The position numbers and the translations under genes are program-made. This document shows, one piece after another, positions 29,934 to 39,955 of a stretch of 45,573 bases of DNA; position 1 is the first letter of the stretch, and each line of letters opens with the position of its first letter. The notes beneath the pieces are model-generated. The model made no database searches and had not been told where the DNA came from. It saw nothing but the letters and a program-made list of their open reading frames with translations. This DNA comes from a virus: the IMG/VR virus record IMGVR_UViG_3300027365_000002. One strand, 5' to 3'.

Positions 29934-31995
29934 CTATGCCAGTGCCGCCGCCATTCGCCGGGATGTCGCCGAACTGATCCGCCCGCCGCGCCGCATCCGG
30001 GCCAGCCAGGCCGCCGCCGAGGTGATGAAGGTGGTGGGCGGCGACGGCACGGTCCGTGACTGGAGTGCCAGCGCCACGCCCTACATGGTCGAGCCGCTGG
30101 ACTGCATGGGAAGCCGCCGCTATGACGCGGTGATCTTCGTCGGCCCAGCGCGGACCGGGAAGACCAACGCCCTGGTGGACGGCTATGTCGCCTACAAGAT
30201 CGATTGCGACCCCGGCGATGGGCTGATCATTCAGATCTCCGAGGACAAGGCTCGCGAGTTCTCGAAGAAGCGCATCGACCGCATGCTGCAGAACTCGCCG
30301 CGGCTGATCCCCCGGCTGAGCCCGCGCGGCCACGACAACAACGTCCACGACAAGACATTTCGGGCTGGCAACTACCTGGGTATCAAGTGGCCGTCCAAGA
30401 ACGTGATGGCCAGCTCCGACTACCAGTTCGTGCTGATCACCGACTTCGATCGCCTGGGCGATGACATCGACGGTGAGGGCGACCCGTTCACCCTGGCCAG
30501 CAAGCGCACACAGACGTTCGGCTCCACTGGCATGACGCTCGCCGAGAGCTCGCCGGGGCGCGAGATCACCGACGCCGACTGGGAGCGCCCGGCCGACGCC
30601 CCGCACATGGCGCCACCGACCACCGGCATCCTCGACCTGTTCAACCAGGGCGACCGTCGCCGCTGGTACTGGCAATGCCCGGAGCGGGTCTGTCGCCGCT
30701 GGTTCCAGCCGGTGTTCGAGAACTTCCAGCTGGCCTCGCGGCGGGTCTTCTGCCCGCATTGCAGTGCCGAGATCGACCCCAAGGCAAAGCGGGCGCTCAA
30801 CCTGGCCGGCCAATGGGTGCCGGAGGGCTGCGAGTTGAGCGCCTCCGGCGAACTCACCGGCCAGCGCCGCGAGACGCGCATTGCCTCGTTCTGGATGGAA
30901 GGGCCCGCCGCGGCGTTCCAGTCGTGGGCCAGCCTCGCCGACAAGCTCAAGCGTGCCGAGGAGACCTACGCCCAGACCGGCAGCCAGGAAACGCTCAAGA
31001 CGGTTATCAACACCGACTGGGGCCGGCCGTATCAGTTCCGCCGCCGCGACGTGCAGCGCTCCAGCCAGCGGCTGATCGATCGCGCCGAGCAGCTCGAGCA
31101 CCGCACCGTTCCGCACGGCGCTCGCTTCCTGACCGCGGCGGTGGACGTGCAGGGCGGCAAGAATCGCCGCTTCGTGGTGCAGATCCACGGCTGGGGGCCG
31201 AATCGCGAGATGTGGGTGATCGACCGCTTCAACATCCGCGAGGACCGGGGGCCGGACAACGACCAGTCGCCGCGGCCGATCAGCCCCGCCACGCAGCCCG
31301 AGGACTGGGATCTGCTGACGCGCGACGTCCTGCACCGCACCTACAAGCTCGCCGATGGCAGTGGCCGGCGCATGCCGGTGGCAGCCATGGCCGTCGACAC
31401 CGGCGGCGAGGGCGACGGGGCCGAATCGGTCACCAGTCAGGCCTATGAGTGGTACCGGCGGCTGGCGCTCGACGGCCTCCAGGGTCGCGTCTACCTGGTG
31501 AAGGGCGGCAGTAGCAAGACCGACAACCGGGTCCGCAAGACCTGGCCGGACAACACTGGGCGCAAGAACCGCAAATCCACGGCGCGCGGCGACGTGCCGC
31601 TCTACATCCTCGGCACCGACCTGCTCAAGGACACCGTCGCGGCGATGCTCGACCGCGAGAACCCCGGCGCCGGCTACATGCACACGCCGGCCTGGCTGGG
31701 GCGCTGGTGGTACGACGAGCTGACCTACGAGGTCCGCGACCCCGCCACCGGCAAGTGGAGCCGGCCTGGCAAGCGCCCCAACGAGGCGTTCGACCTCTGC
31801 GTCTACAACCTCGTGGTGTTCCTGTTGCTCAAGGCCGACCGCATCGACTGGGCGGCGCCGCCCGCCTGGGCAGCCGAGTGGCACGAGAATCTTCTGATCA
31901 GCCATCCGGACAACGTGTCGCCGGCGGCTCCCAGCGCCAAGGCCAAGAAGCCCCAGGCGCGCCGTCGCCCGAAAGTCATCAAGCCCCGTCTGTAA
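29926..31995 (+). CDS. terL: Terminase large subunit, lambda gpA family
   Basis: ATG 29926 overlaps the terS stop. The Walker A motif is FVGPARTGKT. It is about 690 aa with gpA-type layout, including a CPHC zinc motif and the AVDVQ nuclease region. Confidence 0.9.
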   Translation: MGSYASAAAIRRDVAELIRPPRRIRASQAAAEVMKVVGGDGTVRDWSASATPYMVEPLDCMGSRRYDAVIFVGPARTGKTNALVDGYVAYKIDCDPGDGLIIQISEDKAREFSKKRIDRMLQNSPRLIPRLSPRGHDNNVHDKTFRAGNYLGIKWPSKNVMASSDYQFVLITDFDRLGDDIDGEGDPFTLASKRTQTFGSTGMTLAESSPGREITDADWERPADAPHMAPPTTGILDLFNQGDRRRWYWQCPERVCRRWFQPVFENFQLASRRVFCPHCSAEIDPKAKRALNLAGQWVPEGCELSASGELTGQRRETRIASFWMEGPAAAFQSWASLADKLKRAEETYAQTGSQETLKTVINTDWGRPYQFRRRDVQRSSQRLIDRAEQLEHRTVPHGARFLTAAVDVQGGKNRRFVVQIHGWGPNREMWVIDRFNIREDRGPDNDQSPRPISPATQPEDWDLLTRDVLHRTYKLADGSGRRMPVAAMAVDTGGEGDGAESVTSQAYEWYRRLALDGLQGRVYLVKGGSSKTDNRVRKTWPDNTGRKNRKSTARGDVPLYILGTDLLKDTVAAMLDRENPGAGYMHTPAWLGRWWYDELTYEVRDPATGKWSRPGKRPNEAFDLCVYNLVVFLLLKADRIDWAAPPAWAAEWHENLLISHPDNVSPAAPSAKAKKPQARRRPKVIKPRL

Positions 31996-32005
31996 GGAGC
32001 CCTTC

Positions 32006-32236
32006 ATGGCCTACACCGCCGAGCAGCTTGCCCAGGTGCGGCAGGCCATCATCGACCTGTCGTCCAACAAGACAGTCGCCAGGATCACCAAGGACGGGCG
32101 AACCGTCGAGTATGCCAAGGCCGATCTCGAGGATCTGCGCAGTCTGGAGCGCGAGATAGCGGCCGATGTCGCGAATGCCGGGGCTGCTAGACGCCGAACG
32201 CGCACCCGCATGGCGATCACCAGCAAGGGGCTCTGA
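32006..32236 (+). CDS. Head-tail joining protein, gpW family
   Basis: 76 aa, lying between gpA-type terminase and the lambda-type portal. It has the motif YT.EQL..VR.AI..L.....V......GR.V.Y..ADL..L..L. Confidence 0.75.
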   Translation: MAYTAEQLAQVRQAIIDLSSNKTVARITKDGRTVEYAKADLEDLRSLEREIAADVANAGAARRRTRTRMAITSKGL

Positions 32237-32237
32237 C

Positions 32238-33734
32238 ATGACCAAACCCCGCATGAGATTCCGCGGAAACCAGCGGATTCAGGTGCGCGCCCAGGGCAGC
32301 AGCTATGAAGGGGCCTCGACCAAGCCGCGCATGGCCGGCAAGGGCACCGTGCTCAGTGGCCCTAACGGACCCATCGAGCGCTCGCTGCCGATGCTGTGGT
32401 CGCGCAGCCACAACGCTGTCCGCAACAACGCCTACGCCGCCAAGGCCCGCGAGGCCTATGTCTCCAACCTGGTGGGCACCGGCATCAAGCCCCAGTGGGG
32501 CGACCCGACGATTCAGGCACTGTGGGATCGCTGGGTGCGCGAGTGCGACGCCGACGGCATCGACGACTTCTACGGCCTGCAGTCGCTGGCAGCCGGCTCT
32601 CAGTTCGAGGCCGGCGAGGCGCTGGCGCGGTTCCGGTACCGGCGGAAAAGCGATGGCCTGTCGGTCCCGCTGCAGCTGCAGGTGATCGAGGCAGAGCATC
32701 TCGACCCGAACTACTCGCAAGCGTTCGGCGGCCGGCTGGTCAAGATGGGCATCGAGTTCAACCCGATCGGCTGGCGCACCGCCTACCACCTGTGGCGCTA
32801 CCACCCTCACGAACGTGTGACCGCGCAGATCAACGAGCGGGTGCCGGTGCCGGCCGACAGTGTCATCCACATGTACCGCCGGACGCGCCCGGGGCAGCTG
32901 CGCGGCGTGCCCGAGCTGACGTCGGTGATCGTGCGTCTCTACGAGATCGACGAGATGCAGGACGCCACGCTGGCGCGGCAGAAGCTGGCCCAGCTGTTCG
33001 GCACTTTCGTGCGCAAGAAGTCCACGGCCAACCCCGAGGATGACGGCCCGGACTTCGGCGCGCTGGTCTCGATGCCCAATGAGTCGGGATCCGAGCCGCT
33101 CAGCGAGTTCACGCCCGGCGGCATCCACTACCTCGAAGCCGACGAAGAGGTCACGTTCTCAACGCCGCCGGACATCCAGAGCCAGTATACCGAGTGGCTG
33201 CGCACCGAGCTGCTTGCCGTCTCGGCTGGCGCGGGCATCACCTACGACCAGCTGACCAACGACCTGAAGGGCGTCAACTACTCGTCCATCCGTGCCGGGC
33301 TGCTGGAGTTCCGCCGCCGGGTCGAGGCGCTGCAGGCCCACCTGATGGTGCACCAGTGGTGCCGCCGCGTCGCCGCCAAGTGGCTCGATGTCGCCGTGAC
33401 CTCCGGCGCCCTGGTCATTACCGACTACTGGTCCCGCCGCGAACAGCTGCTGGCGATCGACTGGATCGCGCCGAAGTGGCAGTGGGTCGACCCGCTCAAG
33501 GAAGTCACCGCCGATCTGATGGAGGTCCGCGCCGGCTTCAAGCCGCGCAGCGAGGCCGCCGGCGAACGCGGCTGGGCGCTCGACCAGCTCGACGCCGCCA
33601 TCGCTGCCGCCAACCGCAGCGCCGACGACAACGGCCTGTTGCTCGATTCCGACCCGCGAGTCACCGCGAAGAACGGCAGCCTCCAGCAGGCGCTGGACAT
33701 GCTCGCCGCCAACGATGGGGGAAACACTCAATGA
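32238..33734 (+). CDS. Portal protein, lambda gpB family
   Basis: Start at ATG 32238. About 498 aa, in the gpB position. It has the motif LWSRSHNAVRNNAYAAKAREAYVSNLVGTGIKPQ. Confidence 0.9.
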   Translation: MTKPRMRFRGNQRIQVRAQGSSYEGASTKPRMAGKGTVLSGPNGPIERSLPMLWSRSHNAVRNNAYAAKAREAYVSNLVGTGIKPQWGDPTIQALWDRWVRECDADGIDDFYGLQSLAAGSQFEAGEALARFRYRRKSDGLSVPLQLQVIEAEHLDPNYSQAFGGRLVKMGIEFNPIGWRTAYHLWRYHPHERVTAQINERVPVPADSVIHMYRRTRPGQLRGVPELTSVIVRLYEIDEMQDATLARQKLAQLFGTFVRKKSTANPEDDGPDFGALVSMPNESGSEPLSEFTPGGIHYLEADEEVTFSTPPDIQSQYTEWLRTELLAVSAGAGITYDQLTNDLKGVNYSSIRAGLLEFRRRVEALQAHLMVHQWCRRVAAKWLDVAVTSGALVITDYWSRREQLLAIDWIAPKWQWVDPLKEVTADLMEVRAGFKPRSEAAGERGWALDQLDAAIAAANRSADDNGLLLDSDPRVTAKNGSLQQALDMLAANDGGNTQ

Positions 33735-34906
33735 AATGGTTCACTGCCCGGGCGCTCGCGGACAATCCGCGCGCCGCCCACATCGTCATCGACAAGCCCA
33801 TCGGCAGCGACTGGGCGCCTGACTGGATCAGCGACTTCACCGGCGAGAAGCCGGCCCGCGACTTCATCGACGAGATCGAGTCCCTGGGCGAGCTCGACGA
33901 GATCAACCTCGAGCTGAACTCGCCCGGTGGCGACGTGGCATCGGGCATCCGCATCTTCAACTACCTGCGTAACCATCAGGCCACGGTGCACATCAGGGTC
34001 ACCGGAACGGCCGCGAGCATCGCCACCGTGATTCTGATGGCCGGCGACACCCGCACCATGGGCGTCGGCGCGACGATCATGACCCACCGGGCAGCCTCGC
34101 TGATGATCGGCTTCTACACCGCCGCCGAGATGAAGGAGTTCGCCAAGAACATCGACGTCATCGACGCGGCGATCGTCGATGCCTACGTGGCCGCCACCGG
34201 CAAGACGGCGGACGAGATCAGCGCGCTGCTCGACCAGGGCGACACCTTCATGGGCGCCGACGAGGCCATCAACTGGGGCTTCGCCACCGACAAGGACGCC
34301 AAGCTGCAGGCCGTGGCCAGTGCCGACCCGAAGCTGTTCATGAAACAGCTGCAGCAGGAAGGCAAGATTCGTGAGCTGCAAGCGAAGCTCGGCGGCGGCA
34401 ACCGGCCGATGACCGCCGCCGATGCGCTGGCGCTGGCCTTCGACATCACCCCCGAGGAGGCCGAGGCGCAGGCCGCCGACCTGGGCGACCAGATCATCGC
34501 GATGCGTCAGCAGGCGCCGGGCGATGGCGGCCAACAGGCCCGCGCGGTGGCCGAGCCGATCGCTCAGGCGCTTGGCATGGAAACCGATGCGGTGCTGGAA
34601 GACCCAAAGGCCGCCGCCGATCGACTGAAAGCCAAGGTCGACGAGGCCGGCGAATTGGCCGTTGACCAGGACCGCACCCGCATCACCGCCATCATCAAGG
34701 CCTGCCAGACCACCGGCCAATCACAGCTGCTCGAGAAGCTGGTCGAGAACGGCATGCCCGAGGCGCAGGCCAGCGACTACATCTACGACGTCGCCGCGGC
34801 CAGCGGCAACCGCCACTCGATCCACAACTCGCACTCGCCGGAGGGCGGGCACCGTGCCGGGATCGACTACCAGAAGATCTATGACCGGCAGAACCAGCGG
34901 GCCTGA
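33731..34906 (+). CDS. ClpP/S49-like head maturation protease fused to a scaffold-like C-terminal region
   Basis: ATG 33731 overlaps the portal stop. It has LNSPGGDVASGIRIFNYL...VTGTAASIATVILMAGD.R.M...A.IM.H. The C-terminal roughly 200 aa are Ala/Glu/Gln-rich and helical. Confidence 0.85.
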   Translation: MKWFTARALADNPRAAHIVIDKPIGSDWAPDWISDFTGEKPARDFIDEIESLGELDEINLELNSPGGDVASGIRIFNYLRNHQATVHIRVTGTAASIATVILMAGDTRTMGVGATIMTHRAASLMIGFYTAAEMKEFAKNIDVIDAAIVDAYVAATGKTADEISALLDQGDTFMGADEAINWGFATDKDAKLQAVASADPKLFMKQLQQEGKIRELQAKLGGGNRPMTAADALALAFDITPEEAEAQAADLGDQIIAMRQQAPGDGGQQARAVAEPIAQALGMETDAVLEDPKAAADRLKAKVDEAGELAVDQDRTRITAIIKACQTTGQSQLLEKLVENGMPEAQASDYIYDVAAASGNRHSIHNSHSPEGGHRAGIDYQKIYDRQNQRA

Positions 34907-34971
34907 GGCTCGCGCCTTCCTGAGCGCATCCCGCGCTCGCATCCTCTGAAATCAGCCACAGGAGATACCCC

Positions 34972-35604
34972 ATGGCGACCTTCACCGAAGGCCGGCACGC
35001 CGGCGAGCACGTCCTTTCCGAAGCCAGCGGCTCGCGCTCCCGCGAACAGGGCATGCTGGCCAGCGGCAACCTGTCGGCCGGCACCGTGCTTGGCCTGAGC
35101 AACGTGGGTGCTGCCACCACCGCCGCGGACGCCGCCAACACCGGCGACGGCACGATGAGCGCGGTCACCGTCGGCACCGGTGCGACGCCGGGTGACTACC
35201 AGATCGTCTACGTCTCGGCCTCCGACTTCGAGGTCGAGGACCCCGAGGGTGTGAACCTGGGCACCGGCGAGAACGGCGTCGAGTTCAGTGCCGGCGGCAT
35301 CACCTTCACCGTCACCGCCGGGGCCACGGCCTTCGCGGCCGGCGACACCTTCACCATCACCGTCGCCGCGGGCTCCGGCAGCTATGCGCCGCTGGACCTC
35401 GCCGCCACTGACGGCAGCGACCGTGCCGCCGCGGTGCTCTACGGCGCCGTCGATGCCAGTGCCGGTGCGGAGCCCTGCACCGTCAACGTGCGCGACTGCG
35501 AAGTCCATGGCGAGGCCCTGACCTGGCCGGATGGCATCACCGCCGACCAGAAGGCCGCCGCCATCGAGCAGCTTGCCGCCCGCGGCGTGATCGTCCGCGA
35601 CTGA
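34972..35604 (+). CDS. Head decoration protein, gpD-like, with a central Gly/Thr/Ala-rich insertion
   Basis: It sits between the protease and the major capsid gene. The C-terminal AAAVLYGAVDAS...V..RD.EV....L.WP fits gpD-family conservation. Confidence 0.7.
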   Translation: MATFTEGRHAGEHVLSEASGSRSREQGMLASGNLSAGTVLGLSNVGAATTAADAANTGDGTMSAVTVGTGATPGDYQIVYVSASDFEVEDPEGVNLGTGENGVEFSAGGITFTVTAGATAFAAGDTFTITVAAGSGSYAPLDLAATDGSDRAAAVLYGAVDASAGAEPCTVNVRDCEVHGEALTWPDGITADQKAAAIEQLAARGVIVRD

Positions 35605-35664
35605 TCCTCGGCCGCCGCCAGCGCGGCGCGCCACCCTCCGAATCCATTTCCAAGAGAGGCCACC

Positions 35665-36657
35665 ATGGGCATCTTCGAATCCGACATCTTCTCGCTGTCG
35701 TCTCTCACCGCGGCGATCAACGAGGTGCAGTACGTCCCCAGCCAGATCGGCGCCATGGGCCTGTTCGAGGCCGAGGGCATCTCCACCACCAACGTGGTGA
35801 TCGAGAAGGACGGCGACACCCTCGGCCTGGTCGAGAGCAAGCCGCGCGGCGCGCCCGGCACCGTGGTGGGTGGCGGCAAGCGCACCGGCATCAGCTTCCA
35901 GACCGCGCACCTGCCGACCACCGCCACCGTGCTGGCCGACGAGGTGCAGAACGTTCGCGCCTTCGGCACCGAAGGGCAGGAACAGGCCGTGCAGACCGTG
36001 GTCAATCGCCGCCTGGCCAAGATGGCGCAGCGCCTCGACATGACCCACGAGTACCACAAGCTCGGCGCGATCATGGGCAAGGTGCTGGATTCCGACGGCA
36101 CCACGGTCATCTACGACCTGTTCCAGTCGTTCGGTATGACCCAGAAGACCGTCGAGATGAAGCTCGACACGTCCACGACGGACGTGCAGGGCGTCACCCT
36201 CGACATCCACGAGGGCATCGAGGATGCGCTGGGCGGCCTGTCCTACACCGGCGTGACGGTCGTCTGCGGCAAGACATTCTGGCGCAAGTTCATTACCCAC
36301 AAGGCGGTGAAGGACGCCTATTCACGCTGGGAGGCGGGCGCCCGTCTGCGTGCCGACCCGCGCGAGGCCTTCCTGTTCGGCGGCATCTACTGGGAGCGCT
36401 ATCGCGGCGGCGGCAAGGTCAAGGTAGCGGACAACGAAGCATATGCCGTGCCGAGCGGTGTGATGGACCTGTTCATCTCCCGGTTCGCCCCGGGCGACTA
36501 CATGGACACCGTCAACACCCTGGGCCTGCCGTTCTACTCCAGCTCCAAGCTGCTCGACCACAACAAGGGGGTGGAGCTCGAGGCGCAGTCCAACCCGGCG
36601 CACCTGTGCACCCGGCCCAAGGCGATCATCAAGCTCTACGAGAACACTGCCCCGTAA
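35665..36657 (+). CDS. Major capsid protein, lambda gpE family
   Basis: 330 aa. The N-terminal F......SL.SLTAAIN.V.YVPSQIG.MGLFE..GI.T is typical of the gpE family. Confidence 0.9.
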   Translation: MGIFESDIFSLSSLTAAINEVQYVPSQIGAMGLFEAEGISTTNVVIEKDGDTLGLVESKPRGAPGTVVGGGKRTGISFQTAHLPTTATVLADEVQNVRAFGTEGQEQAVQTVVNRRLAKMAQRLDMTHEYHKLGAIMGKVLDSDGTTVIYDLFQSFGMTQKTVEMKLDTSTTDVQGVTLDIHEGIEDALGGLSYTGVTVVCGKTFWRKFITHKAVKDAYSRWEAGARLRADPREAFLFGGIYWERYRGGGKVKVADNEAYAVPSGVMDLFISRFAPGDYMDTVNTLGLPFYSSSKLLDHNKGVELEAQSNPAHLCTRPKAIIKLYENTAP

Positions 36658-36673
36658 GGGGTGGTGATCCCGC

Positions 36674-36976
36674 ATGAGCTTCGGTGATCAACTCGACCGC
36701 CTGGATGCGGCGGTCGAATCCCATCTCAGCGACGGCGCCTGCCGTTACGTGACCGCCGGTGGCACAGTGATCGACAACGTGCCGTATCTGCTCGATCGCG
36801 ACTTCGAGGTCCAGGAGGACGACCAGGTGGCGCTGCGCGTCACCACGATCAGCGTCCGAGTCAGCCGGGTCTCGAAGAGTGGCCGGGGCGACACGATCAC
36901 CGCGGCGGGCCGCACCTGGAACGTGCAGCAGACCCTCGAGGACGACGGCAGTTGGCGCCGGCTCTACGTGACGTGA
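36674..36976 (+). CDS. Head-tail joining protein, FII-like
   Basis: Collinear with lambda FII. FGDQLDRLDAAVESHL aligns with FDNLFDAAIARADE, and RGDTITAAGRTWNVQQTLEDDGSWRRLYV aligns with RGDTLTIGEENFWVDRVSPDDGGSCHLWL. Confidence 0.7.
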   Translation: MSFGDQLDRLDAAVESHLSDGACRYVTAGGTVIDNVPYLLDRDFEVQEDDQVALRVTTISVRVSRVSKSGRGDTITAAGRTWNVQQTLEDDGSWRRLYVT

Positions 36977-36984
36977 GGTGAATC

Positions 36985-37575
36985 ATGCTCGATGTCCAGT
37001 ACGACATCCGCGACCTGCAGACGCTCAAGAAGCGCTTCGACCCCAGGAAGGTGGAGCGAGCGCTCAACTGGGCAGTCGACGCCTCGGCCCGGAAGGCAGC
37101 GACCCACATCTCGAAGGACGTCCGCCAGACCTACGCGATCAGTGCCGGCGACATCAAGCGCCGGCTCAAGATCCAGCGCGTCCGGCGAGACGCTACGCGG
37201 GCGCTGCTCTACACCGGGCGGCGCCTGCCGCTTGAGCAGTTCAAGCCCAAGACCAAGTGGGTGCCGGTGAACCCGCGCCGCTCGGTCAAGACGGGTCCGC
37301 GCAAGGGCAAGCAGGCGCGCCGCCGTGGGGTGACCATCCGCGTCCGCAAGGACAAGGGCCGCCAGCTGGTGAAGGGCGGCTGGTACGCCAAGGACCATGT
37401 TCTGCGCCGTGCCGACAAGGGCGACAACGCCAGCCAGCCGCGCCTGCAGTATGGCCCGTCGATTCCCGGGATGGTGGCCTACCCGGAAACCATCGCCGGT
37501 GCCCAGGAGCTGGTGCGCAAGGATCTGCCGCAGCAGTTCAACGATCGCCTCGACTACCTGCTCAACAAGGACTGA
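36985..37575 (+). CDS. Minor tail protein Z-like (tail completion)
   Basis: 196 aa in the gpZ position, with a basic central region. The N-terminal ...L.KRF.P.KVERALNWAVD..ARKA.T.ISK.VR..Y.I...DIK..L fits the gpZ family. Confidence 0.7.
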   Translation: MLDVQYDIRDLQTLKKRFDPRKVERALNWAVDASARKAATHISKDVRQTYAISAGDIKRRLKIQRVRRDATRALLYTGRRLPLEQFKPKTKWVPVNPRRSVKTGPRKGKQARRRGVTIRVRKDKGRQLVKGGWYAKDHVLRRADKGDNASQPRLQYGPSIPGMVAYPETIAGAQELVRKDLPQQFNDRLDYLLNKD

Positions 37576-37578
37576 TCC

Positions 37579-37977
37579 ATGGCCTATGACGTCATCGACG
37601 CGGTAATCGCGCGCATCAACGCCGAGTGCCCGGTGTTCGTCACCGTCGACGAGGCCTGGTTCGCCCAGCCGATCGACGACCTCGGCGCCGAGACGCCGGC
37701 TGCGCTGGTCTACCTGGCCAACGACAACGCCGCCGGCGAGATCGAGACGTTGCGTCCGGTGCAAGCCACCACGCTCAGCTATGGCGTGTGGATCCTCGCC
37801 CCGCGCGCGCAGTTCCGCGAGGCCCGCCGCCAGGTGCGCGCCGCGCTGTTCGGCCACGCGGTCGACGCGGACCACAACCCGTTCGGTTTCGCCGGCGGCG
37901 AGACCGCCGACATCCGCGGCGAGTTCGTCTGGTGGCGTGAGTTCTGGACGACCGATACCTGGCTGCGTGACGCGTAG
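37579..37977 (+). CDS. Tail terminator-like protein (gpU position)
   Basis: 132 aa, lying between the Z-like gene and the tail-tube gene. No clear motif was seen. Confidence 0.5.
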   Translation: MAYDVIDAVIARINAECPVFVTVDEAWFAQPIDDLGAETPAALVYLANDNAAGEIETLRPVQATTLSYGVWILAPRAQFREARRQVRAALFGHAVDADHNPFGFAGGETADIRGEFVWWREFWTTDTWLRDA

Positions 37978-37999
37978 CCGCCAACACAGGAGCCACCCC

Positions 38000-38188
38000 A
38001 TGCCCAAGCAAGGCGGCCGTTACGAGATCCGCAACGGCAAACCCGTGCGCGTGCAGTACACCCAGCCCGCGCCGGATACCCAGCCCCAGGCCAAGGCGCC
38101 CGCCAAGGCCCCCGAGCCCGCCGCCAAACCGGCGCCGGCGAAACCCAGCAACGTGAAGGAGAGCGGCGATGCCGATCACATGGCGTAA
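38000..38188 (+). CDS. Small Pro/Ala/Lys-rich protein (hypothetical)
   Basis: Start at ATG 38000 after CAGGAG. 62 aa. It overlaps the tail-tube gene start by 20 nt. Confidence 0.45.
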   Translation: MPKQGGRYEIRNGKPVRVQYTQPAPDTQPQAKAPAKAPEPAAKPAPAKPSNVKESGDADHMA

Positions 38189-39125
38189 GCGCCTGGCGGT
38201 GGTCAAGATGGAGACCACCTACGGCCAGGCCAGTGCAGACATGACCGGGGCCACCATCCTCGAGGTGGTGGCCATGGAGGGCGGCAGCCCCTACGCCGGC
38301 AATACCGTGGACCGCGAGCGCATGCGCGACGGTCTCGGTGCATTCGAGCAGGTCAACACCGGGCCCTACGTGGAGCGCACCATCCGCGTGCCGCTGGCCG
38401 GTTCCGGCACCAAGGGCGAGGCTCCGGCCTACGGGCCGCTGCTGCGGGCGTGCGGTCTCTCCGAGGCCATCGACACCACGACGGTCGGTAGCGAGAGCGT
38501 CACCTATGCCCCGGTCAGCGACGCGTTCGAATCGCTCGAGATGTGGTGGGTCGAGGACAGCCAGCAGCAGCACATGACCGGCGTGCGTGGCACGGCGTCG
38601 ATCACCACCGATAGTCAGGGCCTGCCGTACATCCAGTTCCAGCTGCGCGGCCTCTACCAGCGGCCCGAGGCAGCCGGCGATGCCAGTGTCGCCACCAAGG
38701 GCGCCCAGGCCAAGGAAATTCCGGTCAACAAGCAGAACAGCCAGTTCAGCATCGACAGCAAACCGGCGCGCCTGTCCTCGTTCTCGCTGGATCTGGGCAT
38801 CGAGTATCCGTACCGCGGCCTCGTCAACTACGAGGGTATCGAGATCACCAACCGCCAGGTCTCCGGGTCGGCCAACATCGAAGCGCCGGACCTCGCCACG
38901 GTCGACTACTTCGCCAAGGTCGAGAGCCACTCCGGCCAGACGCTGGTGCCGGTCACGCTCACCCACGGCACCACCGGAGGCAACATCGTCGAGATCAGCG
39001 GCCAGCAGGTGCAGCTCAACAGCATCTCGCCCAGCGAGAACCAGGGCATCATGCACTACGACCTCGGCCTGCGCTTCCTGCCCAGCGCCGCCGAGGATGA
39101 CGACGTCTCCATCACGTTCACCTGA
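38169..39125 (+). CDS. Major tail (tube) protein
   Basis: 318 aa with an AAGGAGAG RBS. It lies immediately upstream of the G/GT chaperone pair. The call rests on position and size. Confidence 0.7.
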   Translation: MPITWRKRLAVVKMETTYGQASADMTGATILEVVAMEGGSPYAGNTVDRERMRDGLGAFEQVNTGPYVERTIRVPLAGSGTKGEAPAYGPLLRACGLSEAIDTTTVGSESVTYAPVSDAFESLEMWWVEDSQQQHMTGVRGTASITTDSQGLPYIQFQLRGLYQRPEAAGDASVATKGAQAKEIPVNKQNSQFSIDSKPARLSSFSLDLGIEYPYRGLVNYEGIEITNRQVSGSANIEAPDLATVDYFAKVESHSGQTLVPVTLTHGTTGGNIVEISGQQVQLNSISPSENQGIMHYDLGLRFLPSAAEDDDVSITFT

Positions 39126-39205
39126 TCCGGCCGCGCCGCCGGCCGCCTGACACCGCGCCGCCCCCCGGGCGGCGCCGTTCGTTCCGATCACCGCAAGGAC
39201 ACCCC

Positions 39206-39547
39206 ATGTTCCAGATTCAGGACATCACCGACATCGTCGTCCCCGTCACCATTCAGGTCCCCGGCGCCGAGGAGCCCAGCACCATTCGTGCCCGCTGGCG
39301 CCTGCACCCGGTCAGCAAGAGCCAGGAGATCATGCAGTCGCAGCGCAACGGCGAGCTCACCGATGAGCAGCTGGTCGAGCAGGATCTGCTCGGGCTCGAG
39401 GACGTGACCGACGCCGACGGCAACCCGGTCAAGTTCGGCAAGAAGCTGGTGGCCCAGCTGATGGACATTCCATATGTGCGCCGGCCGCTGGTGCTCAGCT
39501 GGTTCCAGGCCCAGCAGGGCCGGGGCGAGGCCGCGGCAAAAAACTGA
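39206..39547 (+). CDS. Tail assembly chaperone, gpG-like
   Basis: 113 aa, ending at a slippery A_AAA_AAC immediately before its stop codon. Confidence 0.8.
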   Translation: MFQIQDITDIVVPVTIQVPGAEEPSTIRARWRLHPVSKSQEIMQSQRNGELTDEQLVEQDLLGLEDVTDADGNPVKFGKKLVAQLMDIPYVRRPLVLSWFQAQQGRGEAAAKN

Positions 39548-39897
39548 GAGAGGCCGGCCGGTACTGGGCGGGCGGCGGCATCAAGGACACCCGCGCAGAT
39601 GACGCCGCCGCCTGGGGGCTGGACGACTATGCCCCCGAGGACGTCGAGCCCGAGCACTGCGACGTCTGGCCCGAACACTGGCCGGCCCTGGAGCTGTTCC
39701 TCGCCGTGCAGACCCAGTGGCGCGTTGCCGTCGGCATGGGCGGGGCCCACTACCAGGGGCTCGACTACGCCGCCGTCTATGGCCATCCCCGGTTCGCCCG
39801 GCTCGACTACGACGACCAGGACGAGCGCCTCGCCCAGCTGCAGCACATCGAAGCCGGAGCGAGGGAGGCGTTGAACGAGCGGCAGTCAGCTGGGTAG
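39206..39897 (+). CDS. Tail assembly chaperone GT-like fusion made by -1 programmed frameshift at 39538-39544
   Basis: The -1 frame is open from the slip site to TAG 39895-97. It encodes ...WPEHWPALELFLAVQTQWRVAVGMGGAHYQGLDYAAVY..., a gpT/DUF1799-like pattern. The track shows only its GTG-initiated piece, 39706..39897. Confidence 0.75.
39538..39544 (+). promoter_or_regulatory. -1 ribosomal frameshift slippery heptamer A_AAA_AAC
   Basis: The zero-frame codons are gcA AAA AAC TGA. Frame +2 shifts to +1, which matches the downstream open frame. Confidence 0.75.
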
Positions 39898-39955
39898 ATG
39901 GATAGTTCAGTTGGCGCTAAAGTTGCCTTTGCCAATAACGCAAGGGAACAACGCA

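Noticed and set aside
39898-39955. An independent sigma70 promoter for the lipoprotein morons (TTGGCG-17 nt-AATAAC).
   Set aside because: The -10 is poor and no better candidate was seen. Independent transcription remains a hypothesis only.
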